Notes: generated by a model from the letters alone, not told the origin. Shown: positions 40,929-51,263, counted from the first letter of the stretch. The stretch: 64,000 bases of DNA from an uncultured virus (IMG/VR IMGVR_UViG_3300033073_001410) (IMGVR_UViG_3300033073_001410:1-64000), one strand, 5' to 3'. Translations and numbers: made by a program.

Positions 40929-41402
40929 TTAATCAAAAGAGATTACTACGTAGTATACCCCATTTGTTTCGATCTGTTCTACCCAGAATTTCTTAGGACT
41001 TCCGTAACGATTGAAGTATGATTTGAATGCTGAATCATTAAGAGTGCTTAACGCTCTTTCTACGAAGAATTCAGAACCATATGTTTCGATCAAGTCCACT
41101 CCTTTGATTGTTTTACCTGTAATATCAGAGGCATTCAATACCGTAGAGATGTGTCCTTGATTTTGTACAAATCCTTGATCTGTTCCCGTCTGGAATTCTT
41201 TTAAGTAGTTGTAGCAACCATTTTTTAGCGTTGCGTCCAATTTGATATCCGATCCGTAAGCTTTCTCGAATCCAGACTCGATGCTGTCTTGAACGGATTT
41301 TAATTTGTCACCGTTTCCGCCGTTTGCAAAAGCAGTGCTGAAGAAGAAAGTAAGAGCGATTACCAATCCTGTTACTTTGCCGAAGATGTTTTTTGTTTTC
41401 AT
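40929..41402 (-). CDS. Secreted hypothetical protein (probable start MKTKN at 41402)
   Basis: Signal peptide MKTKNIFGKVTGLVIALTFFFSTAFA; TATATTTG promoter upstream on minus strand. Confidence 0.65.
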   Translation of the reverse strand: MKTKNIFGKVTGLVIALTFFFSTAFANGGNGDKLKSVQDSIESGFEKAYGSDIKLDATLKNGCYNYLKEFQTGTDQGFVQNQGHISTVLNASDITGKTIKGVDLIETYGSEFFVERALSTLNDSAFKSYFNRYGSPKKFWVEQIETNGVYYVVISFD

Positions 41403-41432
41403 AATTTCTATTTTTTTAATTGATTTACATTT

Positions 41433-41440
41433 CAAATATA
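41433..41440 (-). promoter_or_regulatory. Bacteroidota-type -7 promoter element TATATTTG
   Basis: Reverse complement of CAAATATA, 30 nt upstream of the 41402 start. Confidence 0.5.
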
Positions 41441-41551
41441 GAACACTAATACGAGGGAAAAAAGAAAAACTGTAAAATTTTTTAAAAAAATCTCCTATAC
41501 GTGCGTGCGCTTTTATTTTTAATATACGCATCGGTTTATTATCTTTACAAT

Positions 41552-41953
41552 ATGAAAATTAAGGATAGAGAGATTTTAATACAAGAGGATTATCTGAACG
41601 ATCCCTGGAAAATGTTAGTCTGCTGTATACTACTAAATCAAACAAACAATAAGCAGGTTAGACCGATTTTAAGCTCCGTATTTGATCTTATTCCGAATCC
41701 CATGTCTGCATCTGGGGTTGATGTCAAAGTGTTAGCAGAGGTCATAAAAACCACCGGATTTCAGAATGTAAAAGCTTCAAGGATTAAAAAGCTGAGTCAA
41801 AAGTGGACGGAAGGATTTTCTTCCGTTTCAGATCTTCCTGGCATAGGAAAATATGGAAATGATTCCTGGGAGATATTTATAAATAAAAAAATTGATATTA
41901 CTCCAACGGATAAAAAGTTGGCTAAGTATTTAGAGGATATCTCTATTTCTTAG
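41552..41953 (+). CDS. MBD4-like HhH DNA glycosylase (catalytic domain only)
   Basis: PWKMLVCCILLNQT, LPGIGKYGNDSWEIF and PTDKKLAKY parallel the MBD4 glycosylase domain; ATG at 41552. Confidence 0.75.
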   Translation: MKIKDREILIQEDYLNDPWKMLVCCILLNQTNNKQVRPILSSVFDLIPNPMSASGVDVKVLAEVIKTTGFQNVKASRIKKLSQKWTEGFSSVSDLPGIGKYGNDSWEIFINKKIDITPTDKKLAKYLEDISIS

Positions 41954-42245
41954 GTTTAGCTTTTTCTCTAAATGCTCCTTTAATATAATCGGTTACCTCG
42001 GATCCAGATCTTTTTTTCTCCGATAGGAATTTATTAAAAGCTTCGGATTTCCCCTCCTTGTCTAGAAACATGTTAATCTCAGCTGATTCGTACATGGCAT
42101 CAATCACTTCAGGCATCTGTGGATTTGCCGAAGTGTAATTTCTAGAATTTACTCTAATCTCACTACTTTGACCAGGAACGTCCACGCTACCAGGTGAATC
42201 TATCCATTCAAACAGGAATTTGTCGAAATTTTTTAAATTTTTCAT
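41943..42245 (-). CDS. Hypothetical protein with CTS-like leader
   Basis: MKNLKNFDKFLFE N-terminus; AATATATA variant promoter on minus strand at 42253-42260. Confidence 0.6.
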   Translation of the reverse strand: MKNLKNFDKFLFEWIDSPGSVDVPGQSSEIRVNSRNYTSANPQMPEVIDAMYESAEINMFLDKEGKSEAFNKFLSEKKRSGSEVTDYIKGAFREKAKPKK

Positions 42246-42315
42246 CTAATAGTATATATTCACCCGGAACTTAAGAAAGTCAGATGGATAGAAAAGATAC
42301 AAAAATCTCAATTTA

Positions 42316-43722
42316 ATGATTATCGACATAGAAAATAAGGGGAGTTATCTCAAGGTATCACATTTTACAGAAGAAGGAGAATTAGCATTTTTAGAGGTTC
42401 CTATTAAAGAAGAGGATAGATTTGTTTGGGAAAGGTGCGGACCAAACGATCCTAAGAGAGATAAGGAGTGGACAAACTGGTTGGGCGAGCCAGTCAAGAA
42501 ACTTAAAACTGAGAGATATGATAAGTATCGGATGGCTCAGATTCTGATTGATTCTCCAGAGGAACTTACCAAACCCCTATGGGAATACCAAACTCCTCGA
42601 AAATACTTTGTCGATATTGAGGTTGAGATTACAGAAGATATGGCGGCAGCTCTTGACACTGAGAACGCTAGAAATAGAGTTCTTTCGATAGGGATTGCAA
42701 CAGACAAGAATAAATTGATAGTTCTGGGTCTAGATCCGCTTACACCTGAGCAGCAAGCAAGTATTTACAAGAAGGTCAATTCTTACTTCGAAAGAACTGG
42801 AGACGAATGGTCATTCAAATATAAGCAGTTTCCCTCCGAGTATGATATGCTCTACACTTTCTTTAGAGAGCTCGGACCTCGTATGCCTGTAATTACCGGA
42901 TGGAACTGGCTAGGATATGACTGGCCTTATTTGCTAAATAGAGCAAAGAGGATTGGAGTTGATCCTAAAATGATTTCCCCTGGGAATTATTTATTAGGTA
43001 AAGCTCAGCTTCCAGCTCACTTGTTAATGGTCGATTACCTGGAGATCTACAAAAAATGGGACAGAGTAATTAAGATTAAGGAGAGTAACAGATTAGACTA
43101 TGTTGCAGATAAGGCTGTTGGATTCAAAAAGATTGAGTACAACGGAACACTTCGTGATTTATATCAATCTAACTTTGAAGACTTCATTTACTATAACGCA
43201 GTTGACTGCGCTCTTGTTCATTATATTGACACCAAGCTTAAGACACTTCAGACTTTCTTTAAAATTGCAATGATATCTGGGGTTGAGATAAACAGAGCAT
43301 TATCACCAGTATGGTCTACCGAGATTATGATGCTTCGAAAATTCTTAGAAAGAAAACAGGTATTCACCGACGAGAGAAAGGAAGAAGTACATGTTAAATT
43401 TGCAGGAGGTTACGTTAAGGAACCGACTAAAGGATTACATGAATGGATAGCCTGCTATGACTTTGCCTCACTTTATCCGAATACCATGGTTCAATGGGGA
43501 ATTTCACCGGAAGTATACAAGGGAAAGAATCCATCAGCACCAAAAGAAACATGGTCGAAAACAGCATCGGGAGCATATTTTGGAGGAGAGGACGAGAGCC
43601 CAATTCTAAGGACAATCATTAAAGATCTGTACTCCAGAAGGAGAAAAACTAAAGATAGAATGTTAGAACTACAGATCGAAATTGACAAGTTAGAAAAATT
43701 ATTAGAAAAAGAGAAAAATTAA
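42316..43722 (+). CDS. Family B DNA polymerase, N-terminal half (3'-5' exonuclease plus motif A)
   Basis: ExoI VDIEVE, ExoII GWN..GYDWPYL, ExoIII YNAVD, GGYV, YDFASLYP; ends in fingers helix. Confidence 0.9.
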   Translation: MIIDIENKGSYLKVSHFTEEGELAFLEVPIKEEDRFVWERCGPNDPKRDKEWTNWLGEPVKKLKTERYDKYRMAQILIDSPEELTKPLWEYQTPRKYFVDIEVEITEDMAAALDTENARNRVLSIGIATDKNKLIVLGLDPLTPEQQASIYKKVNSYFERTGDEWSFKYKQFPSEYDMLYTFFRELGPRMPVITGWNWLGYDWPYLLNRAKRIGVDPKMISPGNYLLGKAQLPAHLLMVDYLEIYKKWDRVIKIKESNRLDYVADKAVGFKKIEYNGTLRDLYQSNFEDFIYYNAVDCALVHYIDTKLKTLQTFFKIAMISGVEINRALSPVWSTEIMMLRKFLERKQVFTDERKEEVHVKFAGGYVKEPTKGLHEWIACYDFASLYPNTMVQWGISPEVYKGKNPSAPKETWSKTASGAYFGGEDESPILRTIIKDLYSRRRKTKDRMLELQIEIDKLEKLLEKEKN

Positions 43723-43754
43723 CGTACTATGGCCGCCGATCCAGAGGGTCTTTT

Positions 43755-43762
43755 GATATATA
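43755..43762 (+). promoter_or_regulatory. Putative late promoter GATATATA within a hairpin
   Basis: Recurrent octamer flanked by GGGTCTTTT and AAAAAACCC. Confidence 0.5.
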
Positions 43763-43815
43763 AAAAACCCGGTGGGATTTAGGCCTAGACACAAACCTAG
43801 TCAAAAATCACAATT

Positions 43816-44295
43816 ATGGCAAATATAGACAACCAATGCAAAGATCTTCTCGTTGAGAATGACTACGTAACGTCCACACACCACCTGGAGAAATTGATGA
43901 CCCTTCAGAAAAACACTCAAGAGGGGGTTTATGGTTACAAGTTTGATAATCTAACCCTCGGAGAGATTAAAGACTTCTGGCTCTGGAATACTAGAGCAAT
44001 TGAGGATGAAATATCAGAGGCATACGATGCCTTAGGTGGAGTATCTAATAACGGGGAGACATCAATAGGCAATGCAGTATGGAAGCCATGGAAAAGCAAC
44101 CATAAGAAGGCTTATGAAATGAAAATATCAGATCTATCTGAAGATGATGTAAAAGAACTAAAGATGGAGCTAGTTGATATACAACATTTCATTTTCAATA
44201 TGATGGTTTCCGTTGGGATGACAGCTGAAGAGCTTTACAATTACTACCTCTCCAAGAATAAGGAGAATATTAGAAGACAAGAAAACAATTACTAA
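43816..44295 (+). CDS. Dimeric all-alpha dUTPase/dCTPase (T4 gp56-like)
   Basis: EDEISE, WKPWK, ELVDIQHF, YLSKNKENIRRQ..NY. Confidence 0.85.
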   Translation: MANIDNQCKDLLVENDYVTSTHHLEKLMTLQKNTQEGVYGYKFDNLTLGEIKDFWLWNTRAIEDEISEAYDALGGVSNNGETSIGNAVWKPWKSNHKKAYEMKISDLSEDDVKELKMELVDIQHFIFNMMVSVGMTAEELYNYYLSKNKENIRRQENNY

Positions 44296-44317
44296 TTAAA
44301 AAAAATTAAAGTTAACT

Positions 44318-45301
44318 ATGAAGGAATTATATTCTTTACCTGAGCCTATTTTACAGGAAAATAAAAATCGTTTCGTTTTATTTCCTATTGATCATCACGA
44401 CATTTGGGAAATGTACAAAAAACAACAGGCTTGCATCTGGACTGCAGAGGAGATAGATCTAGCTCAGGATTTGAATGACTGGAGAAATAAGTTAACTGAC
44501 GATGAAAGGTATTTTGTTAAAAATATTCTAGCTTTCTTTGCTGCTTCGGATGGTATTGTGAATGAAAATCTAGCCGAGAATTTTGTTTCTGAAGTTCAGT
44601 ACACAGAAGCTAAGTTTTTCTACGGATTTCAAATTATGATGGAGAACATCCATTCAGAAACATATTCGTTACTTATAGACACCTATATCAACGACACTGA
44701 AGAAAAGAATAGACTATTTAAAGCCATAGAAACTATTCCAGCTGTTAAGAAAAAAGCAGAGTGGGCACTAAAATGGGTAGAATCTCCTAACTTCCAGGAG
44801 AGATTGGTAGCTTTTGCGGCAGTAGAAGGTATATTCTTTAGCGGATCTTTCTGTTCAATATTTTGGCTTAAAAAGAGAGGTTTAATGCCGGGTCTTTCAT
44901 TTTCCAATGAATTGATATCAAGAGACGAAGGCATGCACTGCGATTTTGCAGTAATGCTACATAACAACCATCTTGTAAACAAGGTTAGTGAAACTAGAAT
45001 CAAAGAAATTATCATTAGTGCACTGGAAATAGAGAAGGAATTTATTACTGAATCCCTACCCGTTAGACTAATTGGTATGAACTCTGATTTAATGAAACAG
45101 TATCTAGAATTTGTAGCTGATAGATTACTGGTAGATCTTGGTTGTTCTAAGATTTATAACTCAGAAAATCCTTTCGACTTCATGATGAACATTTCTCTCC
45201 AAGGAAAAACTAATTTCTTTGAAAAGAGAGTAGGTGAATATCAAAAAGCTGGAGTAATAAATAAGGCAGAGGATGCTTTTGACTTCGATGCTGAATTTTA
45301 A
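44318..45301 (+). CDS. nrdB: Ribonucleotide reductase class Ia beta subunit
   Basis: [48 protein letters not shown]. Confidence 0.97.
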   Translation: MKELYSLPEPILQENKNRFVLFPIDHHDIWEMYKKQQACIWTAEEIDLAQDLNDWRNKLTDDERYFVKNILAFFAASDGIVNENLAENFVSEVQYTEAKFFYGFQIMMENIHSETYSLLIDTYINDTEEKNRLFKAIETIPAVKKKAEWALKWVESPNFQERLVAFAAVEGIFFSGSFCSIFWLKKRGLMPGLSFSNELISRDEGMHCDFAVMLHNNHLVNKVSETRIKEIIISALEIEKEFITESLPVRLIGMNSDLMKQYLEFVADRLLVDLGCSKIYNSENPFDFMMNISLQGKTNFFEKRVGEYQKAGVINKAEDAFDFDAEF

Positions 45302-45320
45302 AAATAATAATCTAAATTAA

Positions 45321-47816
45321 ATGTTTGTAATAAAAAGAGACGGTTCTAAAGAACCAGTTAGGTTTGAAAAAGTTTCAAATAGAATCAAAAAGATGACTTA
45401 TGGGCTAAACCCAGATCATATTGATTCAATGGAGATAGCTCAGAAAGTTATAGCTGGTATTTATGACGGCATTTCGACGCAGGAGTTAGATAATCTTGCT
45501 GCAGAAACAGCAGCATCGCTTATACCTAAGCATCCGGACTACTCTATTCTGGCTTCTAGAATAGCAGTTTCTAGACTACATAAAACAACAAAAAAGAAGT
45601 TTTCTGAAACCATCCACGATCTTTATAGTTACGTTGATCCTGAAACTAATTTACCAGCTGGTCTAATCAACGACGAGACATACAAGACAGTAATGAAAAA
45701 CAAGCAGAAGCTTGATGGGGCAGTTATCCACGAGAGAGATTTTGATTTTGAGTACTTCGGATTTAAAACTTTGGAAAAAAGCTACCTATTAAAAACTTAC
45801 GGTCAGACAACAGAAACACCCCAGCACATGTATATGAGAGTTGCTGTTGGAATTTGGGGAGATGATATGAAGAATGTAATTAAAACATATGAGCTTCTAT
45901 CCAATCATCTTATGACTCATGCAACCCCAACATTATTTAATGCTGGAACTAAGAAACCTCAGCTCTCTTCTTGTTTTCTTTTGATGATGTCCGATGATTC
46001 AATTCCTGGAATTTATAAGACCTTGTCTGATGTTGCTGTCATTTCTCAAAATGCCGGTGGTATTGGACTTGCTATTCACAACGTAAGAAGTACTGGTTCT
46101 TATATCAAAGGAACAAACGGAACTTCAAATGGTATCGTACCTATGCTTAAGGTTTTCAACGAAACAGCAAGATATGTCGATCAGGGAGGGGGAAAAAGAA
46201 AAGGGTCTTTTGCTATCTACGTAGAACCATGGCATGCTGACATTGAAGATTTCTTGGACTTGAGAAAAAATACAGGAAAGGAAGAACTTCGTGCAAGAGA
46301 TCTTTTCTTGGCTTTGTGGACTCCTGACTTATTTATGAAAAGAGTTAAAGAAAATGGGGATTGGTCGCTATTTTCCCCTTCAGATGTTCCTGGATTATGG
46401 GAGCTTTACGGCGATGATTTTGAACTTGCATATGAGAAAGCTGAGCTATCTGGTAAAGCAAGAAAAACTATTAAAGCTAGAGATCTTTGGACTAAGATCA
46501 TAGATTCTCAAATAGAAACAGGAACTCCTTATATGCTTTATAAGGATGCTGCCAACAAGAAATCAAACCAGCAAAATCTAGGAACGATAAAGAGTTCAAA
46601 TCTATGTACTGAAATATTGGAGTATACGGATAAGGACGAGCAAGCAGTTTGTAACTTGGCTTCTATCCCGGTTAACAAGTTTTTGAAATCTACAGATAAT
46701 AGAACATCTAAAGTTGCAAGAGGAAAATGTGAAGTTGATCATAAATCTCTTTATGATGTTGCTTACCAGACAACACTTAACTTAAATAAGGTAATCGAGG
46801 TTAATTACTATCCTACTAAGGAGACAGAAAGATCTAACATGAAGCACCGTCCTATCGGAATTGGTATCCAAGGTTTAGCAGATCTTTTTGCTATTATGGG
46901 ACTTCCTTTTACCTCTCTTGAAGCTAAGAAGATTAACGAAGAGGTATTCGAGACAATCTACTTTGCATCCATGACCGCATCTGTAGATCTTGCTAAAAAG
47001 GAGGGTCATTATGAATCATTCCCTGGATCTCCACTATCTAAGGGTCAATTCCAATTTAATCTCTGGGGATTTGATGACACAACTCTTTCAGGAAGATGGG
47101 ACTGGGCTAAATTGAGAAAGGATGTAATGAAGCACGGTGCTAGAAACTCCCTTTTATTAGCTCCAATGCCGACTGCTTCTACTGCCCAGATTATGGGCAA
47201 CAACGAAGCATTCGAGCCTTTTACTTCTAACATCTACACTAGAAGAACACTAAGTGGTGAATTTATCATAGTAAACAAACACCTAGTTAGAGATTTGATA
47301 GCTATTGATCTTTGGGATGAGGATATGAAAAATATGATCATCTTAAATAAGGGATCTGTTCAGAATATCCAGCAAATACCTGAATCGATAAGAGAAACAT
47401 ATAAGACTGTCTGGGAGATAAAGCAAAAAGATCTAATTGACATGTCTGCAGGTAGAGGTAAATTTATTTGCCAATCTCAATCTTTAAATCTATTTATTGA
47501 GAATGTAAATGCAGCAAAATTAACATCCGCTCATTTCCATTCATGGGAGCTTGGTCTTAAAACCGGTATGTACTACCTAAGAACTAAATCTGCTGTTGAT
47601 GCAATTGCAGGTTTAGGTATGGATATGGAAAAAGCTAAGAAGTCTTTGAAAAATTCAGAAGAAAAAGTTACTTTACAACAAAAAGAAAATACTGAAGAGA
47701 AGATAGATAAGATGGGCATGACCAGCGAAGAACTAAGTAAGGCAGCAGAAAATATGATGTCTGATATAGTTTGTAGCTTGGATAATCCAGACGATTGTTT
47801 GGCTTGCGGATCATAA
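45321..47816 (+). CDS. nrdA: Ribonucleotide reductase class Ia alpha subunit with ATP cone
   Basis: VIKRDG ATP cone, TPTLFNAG, SSCF, SNLCTEI, CNLAS, APMPTAST, TGMYYLR, C-terminal C..C. Confidence 0.97.
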   Translation: MFVIKRDGSKEPVRFEKVSNRIKKMTYGLNPDHIDSMEIAQKVIAGIYDGISTQELDNLAAETAASLIPKHPDYSILASRIAVSRLHKTTKKKFSETIHDLYSYVDPETNLPAGLINDETYKTVMKNKQKLDGAVIHERDFDFEYFGFKTLEKSYLLKTYGQTTETPQHMYMRVAVGIWGDDMKNVIKTYELLSNHLMTHATPTLFNAGTKKPQLSSCFLLMMSDDSIPGIYKTLSDVAVISQNAGGIGLAIHNVRSTGSYIKGTNGTSNGIVPMLKVFNETARYVDQGGGKRKGSFAIYVEPWHADIEDFLDLRKNTGKEELRARDLFLALWTPDLFMKRVKENGDWSLFSPSDVPGLWELYGDDFELAYEKAELSGKARKTIKARDLWTKIIDSQIETGTPYMLYKDAANKKSNQQNLGTIKSSNLCTEILEYTDKDEQAVCNLASIPVNKFLKSTDNRTSKVARGKCEVDHKSLYDVAYQTTLNLNKVIEVNYYPTKETERSNMKHRPIGIGIQGLADLFAIMGLPFTSLEAKKINEEVFETIYFASMTASVDLAKKEGHYESFPGSPLSKGQFQFNLWGFDDTTLSGRWDWAKLRKDVMKHGARNSLLLAPMPTASTAQIMGNNEAFEPFTSNIYTRRTLSGEFIIVNKHLVRDLIAIDLWDEDMKNMIILNKGSVQNIQQIPESIRETYKTVWEIKQKDLIDMSAGRGKFICQSQSLNLFIENVNAAKLTSAHFHSWELGLKTGMYYLRTKSAVDAIAGLGMDMEKAKKSLKNSEEKVTLQQKENTEEKIDKMGMTSEELSKAAENMMSDIVCSLDNPDDCLACGS

Positions 47817-47831
47817 AGACTTTTAAACCAT

Positions 47832-48458
47832 ATGGAGACATTAAAATATTTTAACCAATTTTTAAATGAACGAGAACTTCCCGATAGCCAAGGGGAAGTT
47901 CTTGTTATTTTAGGGGCACCCGGATCAGGGAAGGGAACCTTATCTAAGGTACTTCAGGACGAATACGGAATCCACCACATTTCAACTGGGGATCTTATAA
48001 GAAAATCAGAAGATGAAGAACTTAAAAAGATTATCGAGGGTGGTAATCTAGTCCCAGATTCGATGATGGTAAAAATGCTTAATAAAGAGCTGGAAAAAAT
48101 AGACGTTGCAAAGGGTATTATTTTTGACGGATTTCCTAGAACAATTAAGCAAGCTAAAAAATTAGATTCCATTTTGGGTAAAATGGGATTGGGATTAAAT
48201 CATGCTATATTTTTAGATCTTGACGAAGAAACAGCTAAGGAAAGAATTAGAGAAAGAGCTAAAAAGGAAGATCGTAAGGATGATACCAGCGATGAAATTA
48301 TAGAGAATAGATTTAAAGAATATCACGATAAAACTTTTCCTCTTTTAGATTTCTATAAGAGAAGTAGGAAACTTTTAAAGATAGATGCAGAAGGTGGTAA
48401 GGATAAGGTTCTAGCATCAGTGGTAGAAAAGTTAGGTCTCAAGAAGAAAAAGAATTAA
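47832..48458 (+). CDS. adk: Adenylate kinase (short LID) with CTS-like leader
   Basis: GAPGSGKGT, HISTGDLIR, LVPD, DGFPRT, R.DD. Confidence 0.92.
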   Translation: METLKYFNQFLNERELPDSQGEVLVILGAPGSGKGTLSKVLQDEYGIHHISTGDLIRKSEDEELKKIIEGGNLVPDSMMVKMLNKELEKIDVAKGIIFDGFPRTIKQAKKLDSILGKMGLGLNHAIFLDLDEETAKERIRERAKKEDRKDDTSDEIIENRFKEYHDKTFPLLDFYKRSRKLLKIDAEGGKDKVLASVVEKLGLKKKKN

Positions 48459-48477
48459 ATTTTCTAAAATCAAGCAA

Positions 48478-49116
48478 ATGAACACTACTAGTGGAGATTT
48501 TGTAAACTCAGTAAGAGAGATTATAAACAAGAAAAAAAATGACGAGTCTCGGAGAAGATCAATTCTAAGGGAAATATTAGAAACGATATTAGAGACTCTT
48601 AAAAAATCGGATAAAGTCGAGATAAGAAGTACTAAAGACTTCGAAACTAATGACATTTCTTATTCAACCAATCTTTATTTAGATTCAGAGGACATCATCT
48701 CTGATTTTAAATCAATATTAGAAAAATCTGGTATTAATCTCATAGAAAATAAGATAGACAATAAAAATTTTGTTTATCTAGCAAATCTAGGTAGATCTAT
48801 ATTATCTAATTCCAATTCTGACAGCCTCTGCTTTATAGAGTTAAAAATTACCGGGAAGTATTTTTTTTCTTTAAGAATCATTTCAAAAAATGATCCCATT
48901 AGTTATAGAATATATGAGACTAATTACTTCTATCTGAAACTTTGGTTCTTTGATGGCTCAAATTTCACTAATCACGAGGTTCAAATTTTAACTCCCGATA
49001 GGTCTAAGAAAAAAATGAAGACCGATTTAAATGGAGCACACACTCTTAACATTAATTTTGATGATCTTGGAGAGATAGTGGATACAAATATTTCTAAAAA
49101 AAGAGGAGCAAAATAG
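48478..49116 (+). CDS. Hypothetical protein
   Basis: 212 aa; N-terminal segment weakly HU/IHF-like. Confidence 0.5.
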   Translation: MNTTSGDFVNSVREIINKKKNDESRRRSILREILETILETLKKSDKVEIRSTKDFETNDISYSTNLYLDSEDIISDFKSILEKSGINLIENKIDNKNFVYLANLGRSILSNSNSDSLCFIELKITGKYFFSLRIISKNDPISYRIYETNYFYLKLWFFDGSNFTNHEVQILTPDRSKKKMKTDLNGAHTLNINFDDLGEIVDTNISKKRGAK

Positions 49117-49156
49117 GATAACCAGGATATAATACAAAACAGATAAACCAATCACA

Positions 49157-50437
49157 ATGTCAAAAACCAAAATGCAAAAGAAAAAACCGGTACCGATGAA
49201 AAGTTTAATCTCTCCGGTTATTCCTAAGACTACATCTAATCCAGGAGAGCAAACTATTAGCTTATGTCTTGTCATGATTGTAAAAGACGAGGAAGACACG
49301 ATGGAAAGATGTCTTAGAGCAGTAGCTCCATATATAAAATACTGGGTAATAGTAGACACAGGGTCTAAGGATAAAACGAAGGAGGTAATCACTTCAACTA
49401 TGGAAGACTTAGGTATTCCGGGAGAACTTCACGAGAGACCATGGGTAAACTTCGAGGTTAACAGGACGGAAAGCTTAAACCTAGCTAAAGGTAAATGTGA
49501 TTACAGATGGATCATTGATGCGGATGATACTTTTTTCTCAGAAACATCCTCGATCAATCCTTTTGCTGGACTTGATACAACTCCTGATTGTTATCAGCTT
49601 CTTTATAAGTTAAATCAGTTACAATATCACAGAGCACAAATCGTTAAATCCAATCAGAATTGGATCTATAAGGGGGTTCTTCACGAATACTTATTCCTGG
49701 ATGAGGAAAAAGTAGAGGTAATTCAATCCCCGATTAAGGGATGCTACGTTATGGCAGATATCTCACCTCTAAAAAGAGCATCAAGTCTGGAAGAAAAATA
49801 CGCTAACGATGCTAAAATATTAGAGGACGCTTTGGTAAAGGAACCGGACAATGAGAGGTATATGTTCTATCTGGCTCAGAGTTACCGTGATTCAAACCAA
49901 TTAGAAAAAGCTATCGAGACATATCAGAAGAGAGTTGATATGAAAGGCTGGGAGGAAGAAGTCTATTATTCGATGTACATGATAGCAAAGATTAGCGAGA
50001 GAATGGGTAAGTCAGATTCTGAAGTAATCGATCTATATTCCAGAGCTTGGGAATATCGACCAGCAAGATTAGAGGCAGTTTTCCATACAATGAGAAAGCT
50101 TAGAGATCAGGGAAGACATTTAATTTCATTCGCTTATGGAGACATAGCAATTAAAACTAAAGGTACAGGTGATATCCTTTTCATCGAGCCAGAAATATGG
50201 CAATGGAGACTTTTGGATGAGTATTCCTTGGCTGCTTATTACATCGGAAATCCGGAGATAGCTCTAGAGAAAACAACCGCTATAGTTCAAGCTCCTTTCT
50301 TTAAGGATATTCTACCGGAAGAACAGAAAAGACTTCATAAGAATGTAGAGTTCTACAAGAAGGGTGCAGAAGAGAAAATGAAGAAAATTCGACATATGCA
50401 AGAACTCCAAAAACTCCAGAATTTAAAGAAGGTGTAG
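49157..50437 (+). CDS. GT2-family glycosyltransferase with TPR repeats
   Basis: MIVKDE..ERCL, VDTGSKD, DADD, GVLHE; TPR FYLAQSY. Confidence 0.85.
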   Translation: MSKTKMQKKKPVPMKSLISPVIPKTTSNPGEQTISLCLVMIVKDEEDTMERCLRAVAPYIKYWVIVDTGSKDKTKEVITSTMEDLGIPGELHERPWVNFEVNRTESLNLAKGKCDYRWIIDADDTFFSETSSINPFAGLDTTPDCYQLLYKLNQLQYHRAQIVKSNQNWIYKGVLHEYLFLDEEKVEVIQSPIKGCYVMADISPLKRASSLEEKYANDAKILEDALVKEPDNERYMFYLAQSYRDSNQLEKAIETYQKRVDMKGWEEEVYYSMYMIAKISERMGKSDSEVIDLYSRAWEYRPARLEAVFHTMRKLRDQGRHLISFAYGDIAIKTKGTGDILFIEPEIWQWRLLDEYSLAAYYIGNPEIALEKTTAIVQAPFFKDILPEEQKRLHKNVEFYKKGAEEKMKKIRHMQELQKLQNLKKV

Positions 50438-50439
50438 TG

Positions 50440-50447
50440 GATATATA
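50440..50447 (+). promoter_or_regulatory. Putative late promoter GATATATA
   Basis: Recurrent intergenic octamer. Confidence 0.6.
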
Positions 50448-50468
50448 CTATAAATAAAATAGTATACA

Positions 50469-51023
50469 ATGATACATCTTTTAGAATTTGAAGCATTCTC
50501 TGGTTTTTATCTTAATGAGAATGATATTAGAGGTGGTATTCCTATCTATAACGAAGACGTTTTCATGCAGAGCAATAACGCAAAGCCTGCCATGATGGTT
50601 AAGTCAACTGAACTTGTTTCCACTCTAACTAGATTATTGGAGGATCAAGAGAATGGAGATTTAGAAAGAATCATCGTTATCGCTGAAATCCCAACCCAAG
50701 GTAAAAATGCTCCTCAGTATGTAAGAGACGACGTTGCAGCAGAAAGAGATAGAATGGCTAAAAGAAAATACGCTCTATATGGGAGCAGAATAGAAAGAGC
50801 GGATAGACCTGAGGATGAGGAATACACTGACGCTATTAATATTTTCGTTGATTCCGAATTTATTGTTAAGGGTGTAATCAATAAATTAGGTAAAGACTAT
50901 ATTATAGCAATTCCTGACTCTAAGAAGAAGAAAGCTGAAGCTAGTGCTTCCGCTATGGAATACTACACAGTTTACATCGAGCCTAAACAGGTAGATGAGG
51001 TATTTTTTGTACCTTCAAAATAA
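50469..51023 (+). CDS. Hypothetical protein with CTS-like leader
   Basis: MIHLLEFEAFSGFYLNE N-terminus. Confidence 0.6.
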   Translation: MIHLLEFEAFSGFYLNENDIRGGIPIYNEDVFMQSNNAKPAMMVKSTELVSTLTRLLEDQENGDLERIIVIAEIPTQGKNAPQYVRDDVAAERDRMAKRKYALYGSRIERADRPEDEEYTDAINIFVDSEFIVKGVINKLGKDYIIAIPDSKKKKAEASASAMEYYTVYIEPKQVDEVFFVPSK

Positions 51024-51037
51024 ACTAAACGAAACAT

Positions 51038-51077
51038 AAATAAAAAGCCTCGATATTATTATCGGGGCTTTTTATTT
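51038..51077 (+). terminator. Rho-independent terminator
   Basis: AAATAAAAAGCCTCGATA / TATCGGGGCTTTTTATTT. Confidence 0.8.
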
Positions 51078-51083
51078 GACCGT

Positions 51084-51263
51084 ATGATAGAAATAAGATT
51101 TAGGGATATAGATCCGGACACAGGGTTAACATCACAAGATAAACAAATAGCATTGTGTGAATCGGAAACTTCAGCAGCATGGATTCTACAAGCTTTAAAT
51201 AAACTCCAATTAGATCTTCCCGATCCCAATAGAGAAATTTACACAATTCCAGAAATAAAATAA
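51084..51263 (+). CDS. Small hypothetical protein (59 aa) missing from the ORF track
   Basis: MIEIRFRDIDPDTG...YTIPEIK; stop overlaps the topoisomerase start (TAATG). Confidence 0.55.
   Translation: MIEIRFRDIDPDTGLTSQDKQIALCESETSAAWILQALNKLQLDLPDPNREIYTIPEIK

Noticed and set aside
44318..47816. Eukaryotic or giant-virus origin suggested by eukaryote-like NrdAB, MBD4-like and PCNA-like genes
   Set aside because: Bacterial-type terminators, overlapping operons and T4-like SSB, primase, UvsW and tail genes indicate a bacteriophage; this NrdAB subtype also occurs in Bacteroidota
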